Shown here: positions 39,761-59,905 of the stretch, in pieces
How the letters are laid out: each line of letters starts with the position of its first letter
Position numbering within the stretch: the stretch's first letter is position 1
DNA from: the human T2T-CHM13v2.0 reference genome, Homo sapiens
Assembly: GCF_009914755.1 (NCBI RefSeq)
Contig: NC_060934.1
DNA: 64,000 nt
Strand: one strand, 5' to 3'
The notes under the pieces: model-generated
Database searches by the model: none
The model's input: the letters and a program-made list of their open reading frames with translations, nothing else
Told to the model about the DNA's origin: nothing
Made by a program: the position numbers and the translations under genes

Positions 39761-41699
39761 CACAAAGTGGAGATAATGATAGTGACCCCTCATAGTTCTG
39801 CTGAGAGGATTAAAGAAGAGAAACCATGTATGATCACCTAGTCCAGTGGCTACCATGTGGAAACCTTATAATAAAAGCAATTTTATTATTATTGTTGTTA
39901 TCCATGTTGTTGTTACAGTCATACTCCATACTCCATTCCTGGTTACTAATGTTATAACAATTATAATAATTATTATATTATCAGTAAAATGAAAGGGTAT
40001 CAATGAGTGATCTCTCTGCAAAATCCCAGATTTAACACTAAGAATTGATGACATTAGGAGGGAGATTGAGGTGGGAAGGAGCCAGGGAAGTGGGATGAGA
40101 GGATCCTGGGGCAGAATGATGACACTCATGAGAGTGTTGGTAAGGGACTGTAGGAAGCCAGATGTGAGGACAAGAAAGAAAGGGACATGGGAAAGTAAAG
40201 AGTAATCCCTTGCCTTATATTCAGAGAGGGTCAGCCACTGGGTTGGTGTTGTGGGCTCATTCTGAGTTCTGATAAGGTAACTTACCTTTACTAAGTAAAA
40301 GTGTGATGAGACCCAGGGGCTGGATGGAGGCCCTGCATGTGTAGGATGCCACACAGAGGGTCAGCAAGAGACTCATCCGGCAGCCTCTTATTCCCTATCC
40401 TACAAAGATCCATATTGCTACTTTCAATCAGGTATAACCTCGGGCCAGGGCAGTTCTGAATCAAAACCAAATTCTAGCCCCCTGTTCCACAGCAAATCCA
40501 CAGATTTATGCCAGTTGTATATTTTATACCTGTCAAGATTGACAAAGCCACTCACAATGATATTTCTTAATCAATCCAAGCTTTTACCATTTAATATGTA
40601 TATTGGGAGCAATGAAATTTTCAGTTTACTAGTGAGAAATGTTGCCAGGATACAGACCATTATATGCATCCACAAAGTCCCAAATACAGACAAACCTCTA
40701 AGTGCCTTTTAACAGATTTGTTTCTATAAAACTATTCTTTGGGCGTCAAGTTGGTCTTTGTCCCTCAGAATTCTATCATTTACCCCTATAATTAGATAAA
40801 AGTCTTTTTTTTTTTAAAGGGAATGCAGGAAAGCTTGGGACCCATTTTTATATTTTCATAAAGAAGTCAGCCAACTAAACATTATACTTTATTACCATTA
40901 AGTGCCCAATAATAAAATCAGTTTGCAGATACAATCTACATTTCCATATATTATTGATACAAGCTTGCGCTTTGTAATTTCAAGACCAAAAAAATGTTGG
41001 TAGAAATTTGCATATTATTGAAATGGCATGATTTATTGATGAAACACACAAATAATAGAGGTGATGCTTACAGCAGTTTGGGGGCTAATGTATAATTTAC
41101 AATACTAAACAACTTCATGAACAAGAGTGAAAATTGCACATTATGCCCTGCCTGAAAAATACTAGCTATAAAACTAAGACATTTTAGCATTATTTTTTGT
41201 AACAAGGATCTCTTGATGGGAAAGTGATAGACTGTTGGCCTTCAATCTGTGAGTGGTATAAAGAAGTATCAATCTGCTTGAAGAGAGAAGGCGGGAAGTC
41301 ATCTTCCTGCCTGCCTGCCTCTCCAGTCCAACCTTTCATTAACATTTGCTTGCAGAAAAGATATCAATAAAAGATTGCATTTAATGCCCCAAATAGATGG
41401 GGCAGAATTTTAAATCAACAATATTGCTCAAAACCAGACAAATTTATGGTACAATTTATTTTAGAACCAAGATATTTATCTTATAATAAGAATTATTACA
41501 ATCATTGTATCCAAGCTTTATGTCTTAGGGGGAAATCCAATTCAAGGTTTACCCAGTGGACCAGTTTTCTACAAAGCATTTCCAGATTCCAGGATAATGG
41601 ACTGTGCTAGACACAGTTGGAAGCCTTCCCAATTCTTATTTCCACACCCTGTTTTCAAATAAAACATTGATTCCATTCATTAACCCTATGTAACTCATG

Positions 41700-42500
<801 letters not shown>

Positions 42501-42529
42501 AAACTTACCTACAGATCATTTGTCATTTT

Positions 42530-43012
42530 TTGACTGCCCAGCATTTGTTCCCCCATCTGATGCCAGCTTTTAGGAATTTGTTTATTACTGTTGTGTAAGA
42601 AGTAATCTTGGTAATAGAGTAGGCTTCCAATAAAGAAGCAGAAAAGGTCAGATCCTTTCTTTCCCTCTCTCTCGAGAACCACAGAATGGGTGGGTGATCT
42701 GAGTTTGGGTGAATGTTTCACCCCTTGCCTTTAAACAGCTGGCATAAGAATAAAAGAATACAGGTGATAATATTTATTTCAACAGTGTGGGCTGACCAGA
42801 AGTCTACTGGAAACTTTGGTTGCTCCTCTTGGCTCACTGGAGGTTCCTTGGTCTCTGTGCATTCCCAAGCCCAATCTTCTAGTCTTCTTTTAATTCTTCA
42901 GGCTGCACTTAATATATATATCCATATTATCATAATAAATTCCCTTTTGCTTAGGTTAACCAGAATCGATTTCTGTATTTTGCCAAGAACAACAACAAGT
43001 AACTGACTGATA
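42530..43012 (+). mobile_element. Old ERVL/MaLR-like LTR remnant
   Basis: LTR-like 3' end: aataaattcccttttgcttaggttaaccagaatcgatttctgt...aactgactgata. Family and 5' boundary are uncertain. Confidence 0.45.
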
Positions 43013-43659
43013 TCACCGGGGGCGGGTGGGAGTGGGGGCGCCTTAGTTGCAGCACCAACAGGCAAAAGTGAACTTGTACTGATACACACAGGTCAATCCA
43101 ACATATTCTCATGTGCAGCCCAGTAGTTTTGCTCCCTATTACATCTCGTTTTGTTTATTTCCCCTTTCTCATATATCAAAACCCATTTTAACCTTAAAAG
43201 CACAACACTAAACTCAAGACTCTTTTCAGTCATAAAAGATTAGACAGTTATTGTTACTGTGGCTGCTTTAAATAAATCTCAAAGGGCTGCTAGTGGATAT
43301 TCAGTAAGAACATGTAATCTTAAGCTCCAGATGTTGCTGGTGTAATTTAATTTAACCTTCTAATTATTGCTGGCATTATAAGCCCCAACACTTCCAGGTA
43401 AGTATATCAGATAGTAGGAAATATAACAAATGTCTTCCTGTTTTCCTCAGAGCAATTTTAGGCTCTGAAACCAACAAAGGGACATCCTGCCACTATGCTT
43501 TTGTTTATTAACTGGTGAAAACATTTTTGTGAGTTAGGGTGGTTTTGAGGACCTATTCAAGCAGCACAAACTTTAAAAAGGAATATATAAGTATGATTAG
43601 GGTCAACTTTTGGCCAAAGAATAAAATTCATGGTTGTGTATAGCATTGGCATCTCTTGA

Positions 43660-44190
43660 GACATTTGTAGAATCATGACACGCTGGAGTTGGAAGATCCC
43701 TTACAGGTGACCCACTCAAATCCTCAATTTACAAATAAGGAAACCAAGGTGCAGAGTAGTACACAGTGATTTGCCCAAAGTGACAGATGAAACTCAGACA
43801 CAGGTTTCCCAGCTCTGAGTCCAGACTAACACTCCACATCCAGGTCTTGCTTTATTGTTTCAATTAAATTCACTGTAAGTTTCAACTGTCTGGACTGTCC
43901 TTTCCCCATTTCTTGAAGTCCTATCTACCCAGATCCAGGGCAGATGTCATTTCCTGTCTGAAATCTTCTCCAATTCCTCCTGTAAGAAGTAATCAAGGCT
44001 GTTCTCAAGGCTCTCTATGGCACATTGATTCCTTCATGAACTGCTTGTTATATCACTGTGTGCATATCTGTCACTCCCACTAGATTATAAATTTTTTGAG
44101 GGCAAGGGCTATATCTTCATCTTCAATCTTATTTTCTTTATAGGTCCTAACAGGATTTATGTGATAAATGTTTGTTGAGTCTCTCTGAAG
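43660..44190. mobile_element. MIR (minus) then L2 3' fragment (plus)
   Basis: MIR: ttacaaataaggaaaccaaggtgcagag...gatttgcccaaag. L2: cccactagattataaattttttgagggcaaggg...taaatgtttgttga. Confidence 0.7.
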
Positions 44191-44479
44191 TGTACTCAAC
44201 AAACATTTGTACTCTCATAAATGTTTGTGGGGAATTAATGGTTGAAGATGTCAGTCCTCTTGACATCTTAACAAGCACCTCCATGGATACACAGTGCTTT
44301 AGGCTAAAGTAGTCATTAATGGTCAGGATTTCATGTCTGGCATTAGACTGGTAGAAAAGATCATCTGTGGTTGATACTCCTCCAATCAAAGCACTAGAGT
44401 AGTCACTGACTTCAATTACCAGCAGTCTTCCCAGACATACATATAAAATGGTAATCACAAATGTATAATTCAAGATACC

Positions 44480-44960
44480 TTCAGGTGCAAAGAAAGAAAA
44501 GTGCTACTCACTTTGACTTAAATAATAATGATATAAATTATCTCATACAATGGGAAGCCCCCATGGAGGAAAGACTTCAAGTTTAGCTGATTCACTGGCC
44601 ATATCATGTCCCCCTAGGCTAAATTCTTTGTATCCCTTACCTCTATAATCCTTGATGTTGGCTTTTCCTCAGTCAGGTTTGCCTGCTGGTGATGAGATAT
44701 CTTCTGGTAGCAATGAGGACTACACACTTCCTTAGTCAATGTGAAGCAAGAGAAAGGAAACCTCTTTCCCAACTAGGCAATAAAAATCTTTCCATTTAGA
44801 CTGAATCTAGGGCATATGACCAACACTAGACCAGTTGCAGTCACTACAGGACAGTATGACCCTGCCTGGCTGAGAAATTCAGAACTGTCCCTGGCACTAG
44901 TTAGTGTCCCCTTAGTCTGCTGAGATGCTTGAGGGAGGGGTGGATAAACAAACAAATTCA
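44480..44960 (-). mobile_element. Old MaLR LTR (MLT1-type)
   Basis: tactcactttgacttaaataa and ctgaatctagggcatatgaccaacactagaccagttgcagt. Confidence 0.5.
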
Positions 44961-46634
44961 GGTTCTGTTCAGGAGAAAGAAAGAATGGAAGGGAATCATC
45001 AGTGTACACGATCTAAGGGTGACAATTCTTCAAATTATAAATTAGCACAAAAAAATCCTTTTATGGAATTATGAGTCGAGTTGAGAGAAATAAATCAGTT
45101 TCCTTTTTTAAAAACTCATGTGTTATAAATAATAGATATTTCAGTGTTATCTTTTCATTGGATCGAGTGACTTATATCCTAGTTACTTACAAACAGATCA
45201 GGGGAAAATTCTTCTTTTCTATGCCTATTAACGTGCTTTTGGGAACCCATGGCAATTTATAAATCCCTACCTTGAACAATCATTGTATCAGAACATTCAC
45301 TTGACTGTGCCTTCCTATTCTTCTGAGTTTCTATCTATGCAGCACTTATTTAGAGCAAGCCCTTCCTTCCCACCTACGTATACACAAGTTGATGGTGATT
45401 CACTGAAATCGTGCTTTGCTAATCATGATGATTAAAGAATGAGAGGAACACATTATTGTGCTGGGAAGTAGGCATTTTTCTCAGGATAAAACAAATTGAT
45501 ACTGAAAGGCACATTACTTATGAGTCTGAAAAGTCTCCTAGCATATCTGCAGTGTTCAGTGCTGACCTCTCTATACAGAGTAGGTAAATGCTAGGTTTGG
45601 GATGCCTGTTGCTTCATGATTGGGGATATTTAGAATTAATTCTATTTTCACAGTGAAGCCTGGGTGCGCTCTCTTCAGTCACAGAATGCTTAGCAGGCAT
45701 AGCAGTGAGGGCTGCCTTTCTATGGTATGTGAAGTAATTCAAGGGGTACATTTCCTGGGGAAGAAATTGTTCTGTAAGCATCGGAAATACAATCAAACAA
45801 ACATCTAAGATGGGCCGGAGATGCAATGGCTGCTCTCAAATGTTACCGTGTTTATTCTAGGATTAATAAACATAGAAAGGAAGTAGAAAACCTTGACAGG
45901 TCTTAATGGGGTTCCTGAGGAGGGCAGCTCCTAGCTGTGATGCCTTCCTTTACCCATGCAGGCAACTTGAAAATTCTATGTGCAAGGAAGAAAATAGTTT
46001 CTTTGAGGCAGAGGCAGCCGGGTTACTATCCCCTATGGTGATGCCCTCCCAAAAGGTTCTCTGCAACAGGAATGACAGGCTCACATAACACGACAGGAGG
46101 CTGGGAACATTTCTTTGGAATTTGGAAAGATTTAGAAGCCCTTCTGCAGAGACAGGGATCCTCATAGGTCTTCAATCACATGATATATAAACAGAAAAGG
46201 AGTTATAATTCTCTTATATGTAGGATAATATGTTTCAATGTAGGATTTTGTTGTTACTTAGCATTTCCAGAAGGTAAAGAGAAAGCAAATAGTTTACAGC
46301 TGTGGAATATTTTTCTCTTAAGTATATTGTTTATTTATTATACCAAAACTTCATTCACTTAGAAAGGGTGTCTCTATATGAAATACCAAATTAAACTTCC
46401 CTTATATTCACATGATTGGTCATTCAGCTGATTAAAACTTGGTTAATTCAGAATATGGTTTAAAATTAAAAAATGGATTTCTAATCCCTCCATTAATTCA
46501 ACACCTCCACTTTTGTTTCTTGTTAATCGAGAAAAAGCAGAACTCATTACCTATTCTCTCCTTATGCCAGAGCCCTGATGGTTTTAATCTTCACTTGCTT
46601 CCTAATTTTTTTTTCTGTTTTTATTTTACAGGTC

Positions 46635-47360
46635 TCTGCTGACCACACTTTTCTTACCTCTCTCACCCCTGGATTTTGTGCCCTATCTCCTTGGCTCTCC
46701 TCCTTTCCTCTCAACAGTTCCTTCTTACTTGCCCCTGAGGATTCTTTTCTTCTGCCTACACCACGTTCCCTAGGATTTTTCCCTCTGCCTTTGACTTCTC
46801 CTCCTTGCCACAGTCCTCCTGATTGATCATCTTGCCCACACGCCTGCTGTCAGCAGTCACTTTTATGTTAGCTCGTATCAGTACTTCCAGCTCCAACACT
46901 TGGCTGAGCCACAGATCCTAACATGAGGCCCTCCACCAGACATTGCTATTTCATGTCCCTTGGGTATGTCAAATTTAATACAGCCAGATCTGAACTTGGT
47001 ATTTCCCCTTAAATTTGGCGTTCCCTGTTCCAGAGATTGAAAGTATTTTCACAATTGCTCAATGACTTTAGAAACTTCAGTCTCATTTTCCCTCTCAACT
47101 TCCACATCCAACGCCTGAAGATTTAATCTGTTAAACATCTTCTATTTCTTCCCCTCCTTTGTATTCCACTGTCTTTATTTGGGTTTTTACCACTCGCTAT
47201 ACAAATTTTACAATTTTATGACTTTTGTCCCTTTTAATTTGGGATTTTCCATAAAAATGCAATCCAATTTTTTACATTTTCTACACTGCGGCCAGAGTGA
47301 GTTTTCTAAAACTGCGTATTTTATATGACACCACCCTCCTGAAAATCCTTTTGTAATATT
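46635..47360 (+). mobile_element. L2, portion 5' of the L1PA insertion
   Basis: ctctccttggctctcctcctttcctctc, gtcaaatttaatacagccagatctgaact, ctacactgcggccagagtgagttttctaaaac. Confidence 0.75.
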
Positions 47361-47384
47361 AAGTTTTCAAAGTTAAATTCCATG

Positions 47385-53230
<5,846 letters not shown>

Positions 53231-53234
53231 ACAA

Positions 53235-53685
53235 TGTTTAATTCAAACTAATAAGCACAAAATGTCCTCTGGATCTATTTATTGAATACTAATCTCATCT
53301 CTCCACTGCCTTCCTCTCTGATCACCAAAGACTCCTTACTTCTTCTAGGCACAATTAAATGCTTGTTATTCCCAAACATACTTCCATTTATTCATGTATC
53401 CAGATCCCTGTGGATGGAATAAAACTCTTTTCCACGTGTTTAATTAGCTGAACAGGCAAAACCCAGCTCAAGTGTCACCTTCTCTAGGAAGCTGTTTTGG
53501 ATTCCTCATTCTGATTAATTTATAGCCTTCTCCTCTGAGTTATCTTGGTTTTAACTTTCCACTTTCCTTAGATTAACTAATAATAATTTTTATTAACTCA
53601 TGAACTCATGAAGGGCAAGGACTCTCATTTGTCTTTTTGTCAACAGCTCTTAGTACTCAATAAATATTTGTCTAACAAATCAATC
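53235..53685 (+). mobile_element. L2, continuation 3' of the L1PA insertion
   Basis: cccagctcaagtgtcaccttctctaggaagc, gaactcatgaagggcaaggact, tactcaataaatatttgt. Confidence 0.7.
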
Positions 53686-55939
53686 CAGGTGCTCTGAGGA
53701 ATATAAAAGACGTCTCTGACTTCTCTGCCCTAAGGAATCTTAAATTTTTAATACTAGAGTTAAGACATTAGAGGACAATTAAAAAATGCAAGGCCATATA
53801 ATTAAAAGTAGAAAACTGGCATGAGCTTCTAGTATAGCAAAATATTATAAAATAAAATATATTGTTCCTTTTATTAATTTTTTAAGTATCTTTTGGTGTT
53901 TCTAACATTAAACTAAAGAATGTTGGAGCTCTCTGCTTCTGGGAGGGTAGGACACAAAAGAAGCATCAAGAACAAAATGTCCAATTCTTGGCTTTGAGTT
54001 CCAAAATATGTCCTTGAAATTCATGACAGAGTTAACAGTTTTGAAAGCCAAGGAGCTCTTGATTTGTAAGAGCTGGGCCTTTTGGGAGGAAAAAAAAAAA
54101 AGATCTGTAAGTTGTAGTAAAGTCTGGAAGCCTTAACATGTGGAAGTTATATAAGAATCTTACAGTAGGGTAAGCTACAGAACATGATACAGGACGTAGA
54201 AAGGAAATCAACACCCTCTAGGAACAAGGGGTGGGGATTGGAGAGAGAATGTCAAAAGATGGAAGAAAGGCTAGACATGAGCATGGGCTGCCTGCTCTCT
54301 GTCTCCCACTCTAGGCTGAGTTCTTTAGAACTAGATGTCATAACATATCAGATAAGTTGAGATAGGTGGTAGAAGAGAATCACAAGGTAGAGCCAGGGAA
54401 GCCTGTGCTTATCAGAAAATCCTCATTCTGATGTGCCATTTGTGAGGTAGTGTCAGGGCAGATGAATCTCAGGTCAGACTCACAGGATTCTTCACACTCC
54501 AGCAGGGTGTGAAGAGAGCAGCTGAGAGGTTTTCTGTTTCCTTTATGGAAGGTCCATAAGTACTGAGAAGGCCATAAAACCGGAAGTCAAAGGAGGACTA
54601 TGAATACTAGGAGATACCAATACATAGTGGTACAGACCACATAAAACTGTCATTGGTCAGTGAGGAAAACGGGGGCCTACAGGCCAATCCCTTTGTTGGA
54701 ATGCAGATCATCAACCAAAAGAAAGAGAAGAAAAGGATGGAAGGGAGTCTTGAATCAATAACATGAAAAACTTAACTGACCCTGGAAATGACTTGTTTAC
54801 AGTAAGTTGACAGGATTAACACTATTAGCAGAAATGGAGGTTTATGTGCAAAGATATATTTAGTTAAAAATAATTAAAGAATATCATATCTTTGTACATG
54901 AGTTGTGAGTATAAATAACAACAAACAGGAGAGGTTAGGATAGGGAGAGTTGTCAGAGAAGGGTTTGTGAAGGAAGCAGAATTAGATGGGGCTGTTTAAA
55001 AGGCAGGAAGAACTTGGCTCAGGAGGAGGAAAGAATGTGACAGGAAAAAAGTTGTCCAAAGGCCTAAACCTGGGACTAGCAGGAGTCAGTAGGACTAATA
55101 GGAATACAGAGGCTAGGATATGAGAGGTGAGATGCAAGTGTCAGATTACGAAGGTCCTTGGGTGCAAAGATGAGGGGCATAGACCCTTCAGGACTTAAGC
55201 AGTCTGAGTGGCATTTGGGAAAGGATTCATTCATTAGAGGTCTGCCTAGCAGGAAGAAAGATAATCTACCTCCCAAATGGCAACTTTCCCTCTGCCTTCT
55301 GGTATGCACACTCCTCCCATATCATGGAGACTGAGATAGAGGGAGTTTTATTCACCAGAATTTGTAGTTGGGGATAGAAGTGACTGGAGAAGACAACGTG
55401 GTTTGGCTGCCCCATCCCCTGTGAGAGAAGCCCCCACCGCATGGGGCTTTGTAGCGTACGTCTAGAGCCCAGGTTTTGGAAGGGACTGGAACATAAGGAA
55501 CTGATCCATGAGATGGAAATGTCAAAGAGAGAAGGGAGCCCCACTGAGCAATGCAGCCAAAGAAAGACTTTAGGGAGCATTCAGATGTCTCATGGGATCT
55601 TGAATTGTCTTCTGGGTAATATGCAATGTAAATTTTCTCATATATCTCCCACAATATCTTCAATAAAATCTATAATTCTTTAAAGTGGATGTAAGAAGTG
55701 CAGAGTGTAGTTTCAGGGTTGGTGCTTCTGTAAAAGCTGTAGGTAGCACTGAATCAAGAGGGTCTATTCTCTGCCCCACCCATCAACCCTCAATATACAC
55801 ATATAAAACAAGTAACTTGACCCTATTGCCTATATGGCTTAAAAGTTAAACATCACAGAATGATCTACACCCACTACCTTTATTTTTCCTTTCTTCTCCG
55901 ATACTTTTCTCTGATGCTAGGTTGACACCATGGCAACTA

Positions 55940-56415
55940 GTACAGTAGAAAGAACTTGGGCTTCAGAGTCAGGCTTTTGTTCGGGTCCCAGGTGAGCCAC
56001 TTCCCAGGGGCATAACCCACTGCAAGTTGCCTAACTAGAAGGAGTCTCTGTCTTTTCATATGGAGAACAGGAATAACACATATTTTACAATATCCTCGTA
56101 AGGATTAAAAGAGATTATTATATGTGTGGAGGTTAAGCAATACAGTAGAAAGGGCCCTAACTTTAGAGTAGGTCTGAATCTTGGCTCTCACAATTATTAC
56201 TTTATGTGACACTGGTGAAGTAGAGAACTCTTTTGAGACTCAGATTCTTTATCTGTAAAATGTGGGTAAGAGATGACTAATGATAGTCTAGTACAAAGAT
56301 CATATCAAGTGGTCATGATCTTGTTAGGGTTCAAAAGTGGGAACTACGGTGATGTAAAGTGCCTAGTACACTTTGAAGGCACATTGAAGGTACACATAAA
56401 TGGGATCCATTACTA
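55940..56415 (+). mobile_element. Two adjacent MIRs
   Basis: First: gggcttcagagtcagg...aaggattaaaagagat. Second: tgaatcttggctct...ctcagattctttatctgtaaaatg...gtaaagtgcctagtaca. Confidence 0.7.
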
Positions 56416-56559
56416 TAATCACACACTGCATGCTCTGGAAGTTCTGGCTTGACAGAGTAATAAAATGGTCTGTTGAATGTACAGTTTGAGGTAACATTTT
56501 AGGGAGAATTCCCTGAAAGGAAGAGGTTCCATCCTTCAGGATGTAGTGTAGACTTTATG

Positions 56560-57226
56560 TATGTCCCCAGTAGGAATAAAACATGGGAAGGTGTAAAAGT
56601 GTAAGTGATCCCACTTATCATCACTCCTAAGTGACCCACAGCTGTTCCTACAACTCTGGGCTCTGCGACTTAGAAATCCTGGTTTCTAAAGGGGAAATGC
56701 TTCATCTAGATAACACAATAAGAAGCCCATTAAATCTCAAGCTATGGCTACCACCCCGTCACGTCATGTTGCTTGAGACAAGACCCAGGAAGTGAGAAGG
56801 GTCAACATCCTGGCAAATATAACCAACATGGATCATCAGGCACAGGTTCGGCTGCTGCTACAGAATGAGGGCAGGAAATATGTTCACCAGTCAAGTAATT
56901 CGGTGTCTCTTGGTACTCTCTTGCTCAATTTTGATGATAAAAATACAAGTTCAGTGTTATGGTCTGAAAAGAATGTGGTGATCATGGGGCTCAAAACCAT
57001 GTCCAGATCATCCCATATGTAAGCCACCTAAACAGGCAGAGGTGCTAGTTGATGGTGAGGGGAATTCTGAATGGTTGGATAGTGGAGGAGAAGGATAATG
57101 AGTATTTGTTAAGGCCATGAGACCAGCTGCAGTGGCAGGAGCTGTAGCTCATCTCACTAATCCACCTGAAGGCCTAGAACTTATTATAAGAAGCAAGCGG
57201 GTATGAATGGTTGCAAGGAGTACACC
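56560..57226 (+). mobile_element. ERVL internal fragment (3' end) attached to an LTR16-like LTR
   Basis: Decayed ERVL 3' internal motifs (aagctatggctaccacc, ggatcatcaggcacaggttcggctgctgctacag, agcaggtgctag-like 'agaggtgctagttgatggtgaggggaat') running directly into an LTR. Confidence 0.65.
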
Positions 57227-57664
57227 GTAGTGGATACCATGGAATACTGCCTAAATTTCTACCTCCAAAACTATAGTACTTACACCTCCAGCTGCAGGAA
57301 GTTTTAGAAACCAACAGCTCTTAGTGACATTCCCTCTAAGGGTCATATGTTCAGCTCAAGAAAACCGCCTTACCCAAAGTCATGCTCCTTCCCGGCGGTA
57401 GCCCACATCCAATGACTGGGTGATAGAAGGGTCTAAAGGCCTGTCCCTTTGCTTCCCATTTAGGGAACTTTAAGGAGTTATTGCAGCTGCAAAGGTCTCA
57501 CTGGGATCATCAGAGACTTTGTTGTGATTGAATGGCAGTTCAAGCTCCCTTCAGCCCAATCCAGTTTCTTTCATTCTCCCATAGGTATCCAGCCAAGAGC
57601 ATCCCCTCTTCCTGCATGCAAATCTTGTCCAGAGCCTGCTTTCTGGGAAACCTAACCTGTGACA
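57227..57664 (+). mobile_element. LTR16-like ERVL LTR
   Basis: Starts (c)gtagtggatac, has internal gcccacatccaatgactgg, and ends cagagcctgctttctgggaaacctaacctgtgaca. Confidence 0.75.
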
Positions 57665-58019
57665 AACATGCTATTTCTGAGTATCTGCAGATCATTCATG
57701 TGGAGAAATTTGCTCCTTATTTATGTGTTCTCTGCTGGTATTACTCCTTCTACTCTCGTAACAAAGCTGTTAACTAGCATTTTAGAATCACTGATGACAT
57801 CCTTTCTTTCTAAGTTCTTCCTCTAAATTTCCTGGTTTGATCTGAGTTTTCTTATTTAGTGCTTTCAAAATATTCTTGAGTATTACCACTGCACTCTGTT
57901 TATATTACCTGTTTTTTAACAGCAGAGACTCTTTGTATTCTCACTGTTTACTATGACACAGTAACTTGTTGAATATTTGTGGAATTAAAAACAAACAAGA
58001 ACATATTGATCTAGAATAT

Positions 58020-58390
58020 GAATAGTGATCTGGTTGGCAATATCAATTTCACAGAGTTATTGGAATACAGACTAGAAACTATGGGAGTGGATGAGATTCC
58101 TGATGGATTATGGGTAGAATTAGAAGAGAAGATAGCTTATCACAGAACCCTGAGAAATACCAACACTTATGGGCTGAAAAGAGAAGAAAGAGTCCATGAA
58201 AGAATGGTTGGTGAGAGAAGAGATAATCCTGGAAGCCTAGGGTAGAAAGAAATTCAAGAAAGATGTATTCAACAGAGTCAAATAACAAATTGAGTATCAA
58301 ATAAAACAAATGACTATCAGATTTGATAATTAGGAGGCCTTGGTGCCATTTTCCAGCCATATTTTGATGGCATTGTGGGAGGAAATATAC
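58020..58390 (-). mobile_element. L2 fragment
   Basis: gaaactatgggagtggatgagatt...acagaaccctgagaaataccaacactt. Confidence 0.7.
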
Positions 58391-58974
58391 AGGATCAATT
58401 TTGTATGTAGATCCACCTTTTCCCTTAGGTAGTTGCTGTATCCATGTCTGGAGAAGTCAGAGGAAGCATGGACTTCAGCTTCCTGTTTAAGCCATGTTCT
58501 CACATCCCATTTTAGCAGGGGCTTTGTTCTTTAGGAGTCCACAGGGTTCCATTAATAATGCTGTGATATCCACTTGGCTCTTTGTATCTGTTAGAATTTA
58601 TAAATGGCAGGTAAATGATTATGACCTTCAAACCTCCAACAAGGTCAACTCCTTACTGAAAGTTATAAAGCCTAACCAACAATTACCCAGAGCTCAAATA
58701 AACCAGAGGTGCTTAAGTCACTCAGGGGAAACATATTAAAGTCAATTACAACTCAATCTGGGTAGATTTATCAGACATCTTTCCCCTGTGACCAAAGAGG
58801 CAAGAAGTAGAACTTGTTCCAAAGTGTGGGGATAAACGTAGGGGTGTATGGAGGTCTGGTAGATAACACAGAAGCAAGGAGAATAGATGATTCCTGCCTA
58901 TTCCCCTAAGAGTTAGTTAAGCAAGTCTGGACATATTTCCTGAATTGGAACTATTTGATCTATATAAATACTCA

Positions 58975-59250
58975 TTTTTATTCAATTCAACAGCTATTTA
59001 TTGAATACTGTTATCTGTCAGGCAGATAACAGATATACTAGGAACTGAGAAACAAGATTGAAAGAATAAAAACAAGCATAAAAATAAACAACATATGTTC
59101 TGTTCTCAAGAAGTTCACAGACTAGTAGCTAGAGAAGCACACAAACTGCCATATAATTTCAAAGGCACTGTGAGAGTAGTATGTACTAAGTACTATGGAG
59201 CCACAGAGAAGTGGGCAATTCAGCCAGCCTTAGGAAGAAGGTATAACCAG
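58975..59250 (-). mobile_element. L2 3' fragment
   Basis: ttcaattcaacagctatttattgaatac...ctgttctcaagaagttcacagactagt. Confidence 0.7.
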
Positions 59251-59455
59251 GATGGCTACAGGTGTGGATGTATCTCTTGCAGGTTGATTGGAATGATGGA
59301 CAATCAAAGTAAAGGGAAAAAAAAATCAATTGCTTTCTAGAAAATTTATAGAAATAAACGTTCCAAACCTACTAGGGCAACTAGTTCAGATATTTAAAAA
59401 CCCATGCAAGCAAGGAATTCTTCCTGTAATTACCTCTAACTACATGGCCTTATAA

Positions 59456-59757
<302 letters not shown>

Positions 59758-59880
59758 TGTAATTAATTTTAAATCCTCCCTTTTCTCTTTTTCCTCATGA
59801 GAAAAAACTGGGAACAGATAGTCAACACAGTATTTACATTTCTGTTAGAAAAAACTCCCAGTGACTTGGTTATTTCCCAC

Positions 59881-59905
59881 AAAACAAAACAAAACAAAAC
59901 AAAAA
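59881..59905 (+). repeat. (AAAAC)n microsatellite
   Basis: aaaacaaaacaaaacaaaacaaaaa. Confidence 0.85.

Noticed and set aside
39866-40354. 162-aa hydrophobic minus-strand ORF
   Set aside because: It spans low-complexity (AAT/GTT) sequence and L2-like remnants, and resembles no protein I recognise.
46600-46640. Strong-looking splice acceptor (ttttattttacAG at 46631), and a lone donor cagGTAAGT near 43398
   Set aside because: I found no convincing partner site or reading frame. The acceptor leads into an L2, and isolated sites are common by chance.
54250-55700. Possible old LTR remnants at about 54250-54910 and 55210-55680
   Set aside because: They are LTR-like in composition, but I cannot assign a family or boundaries from sequence alone.
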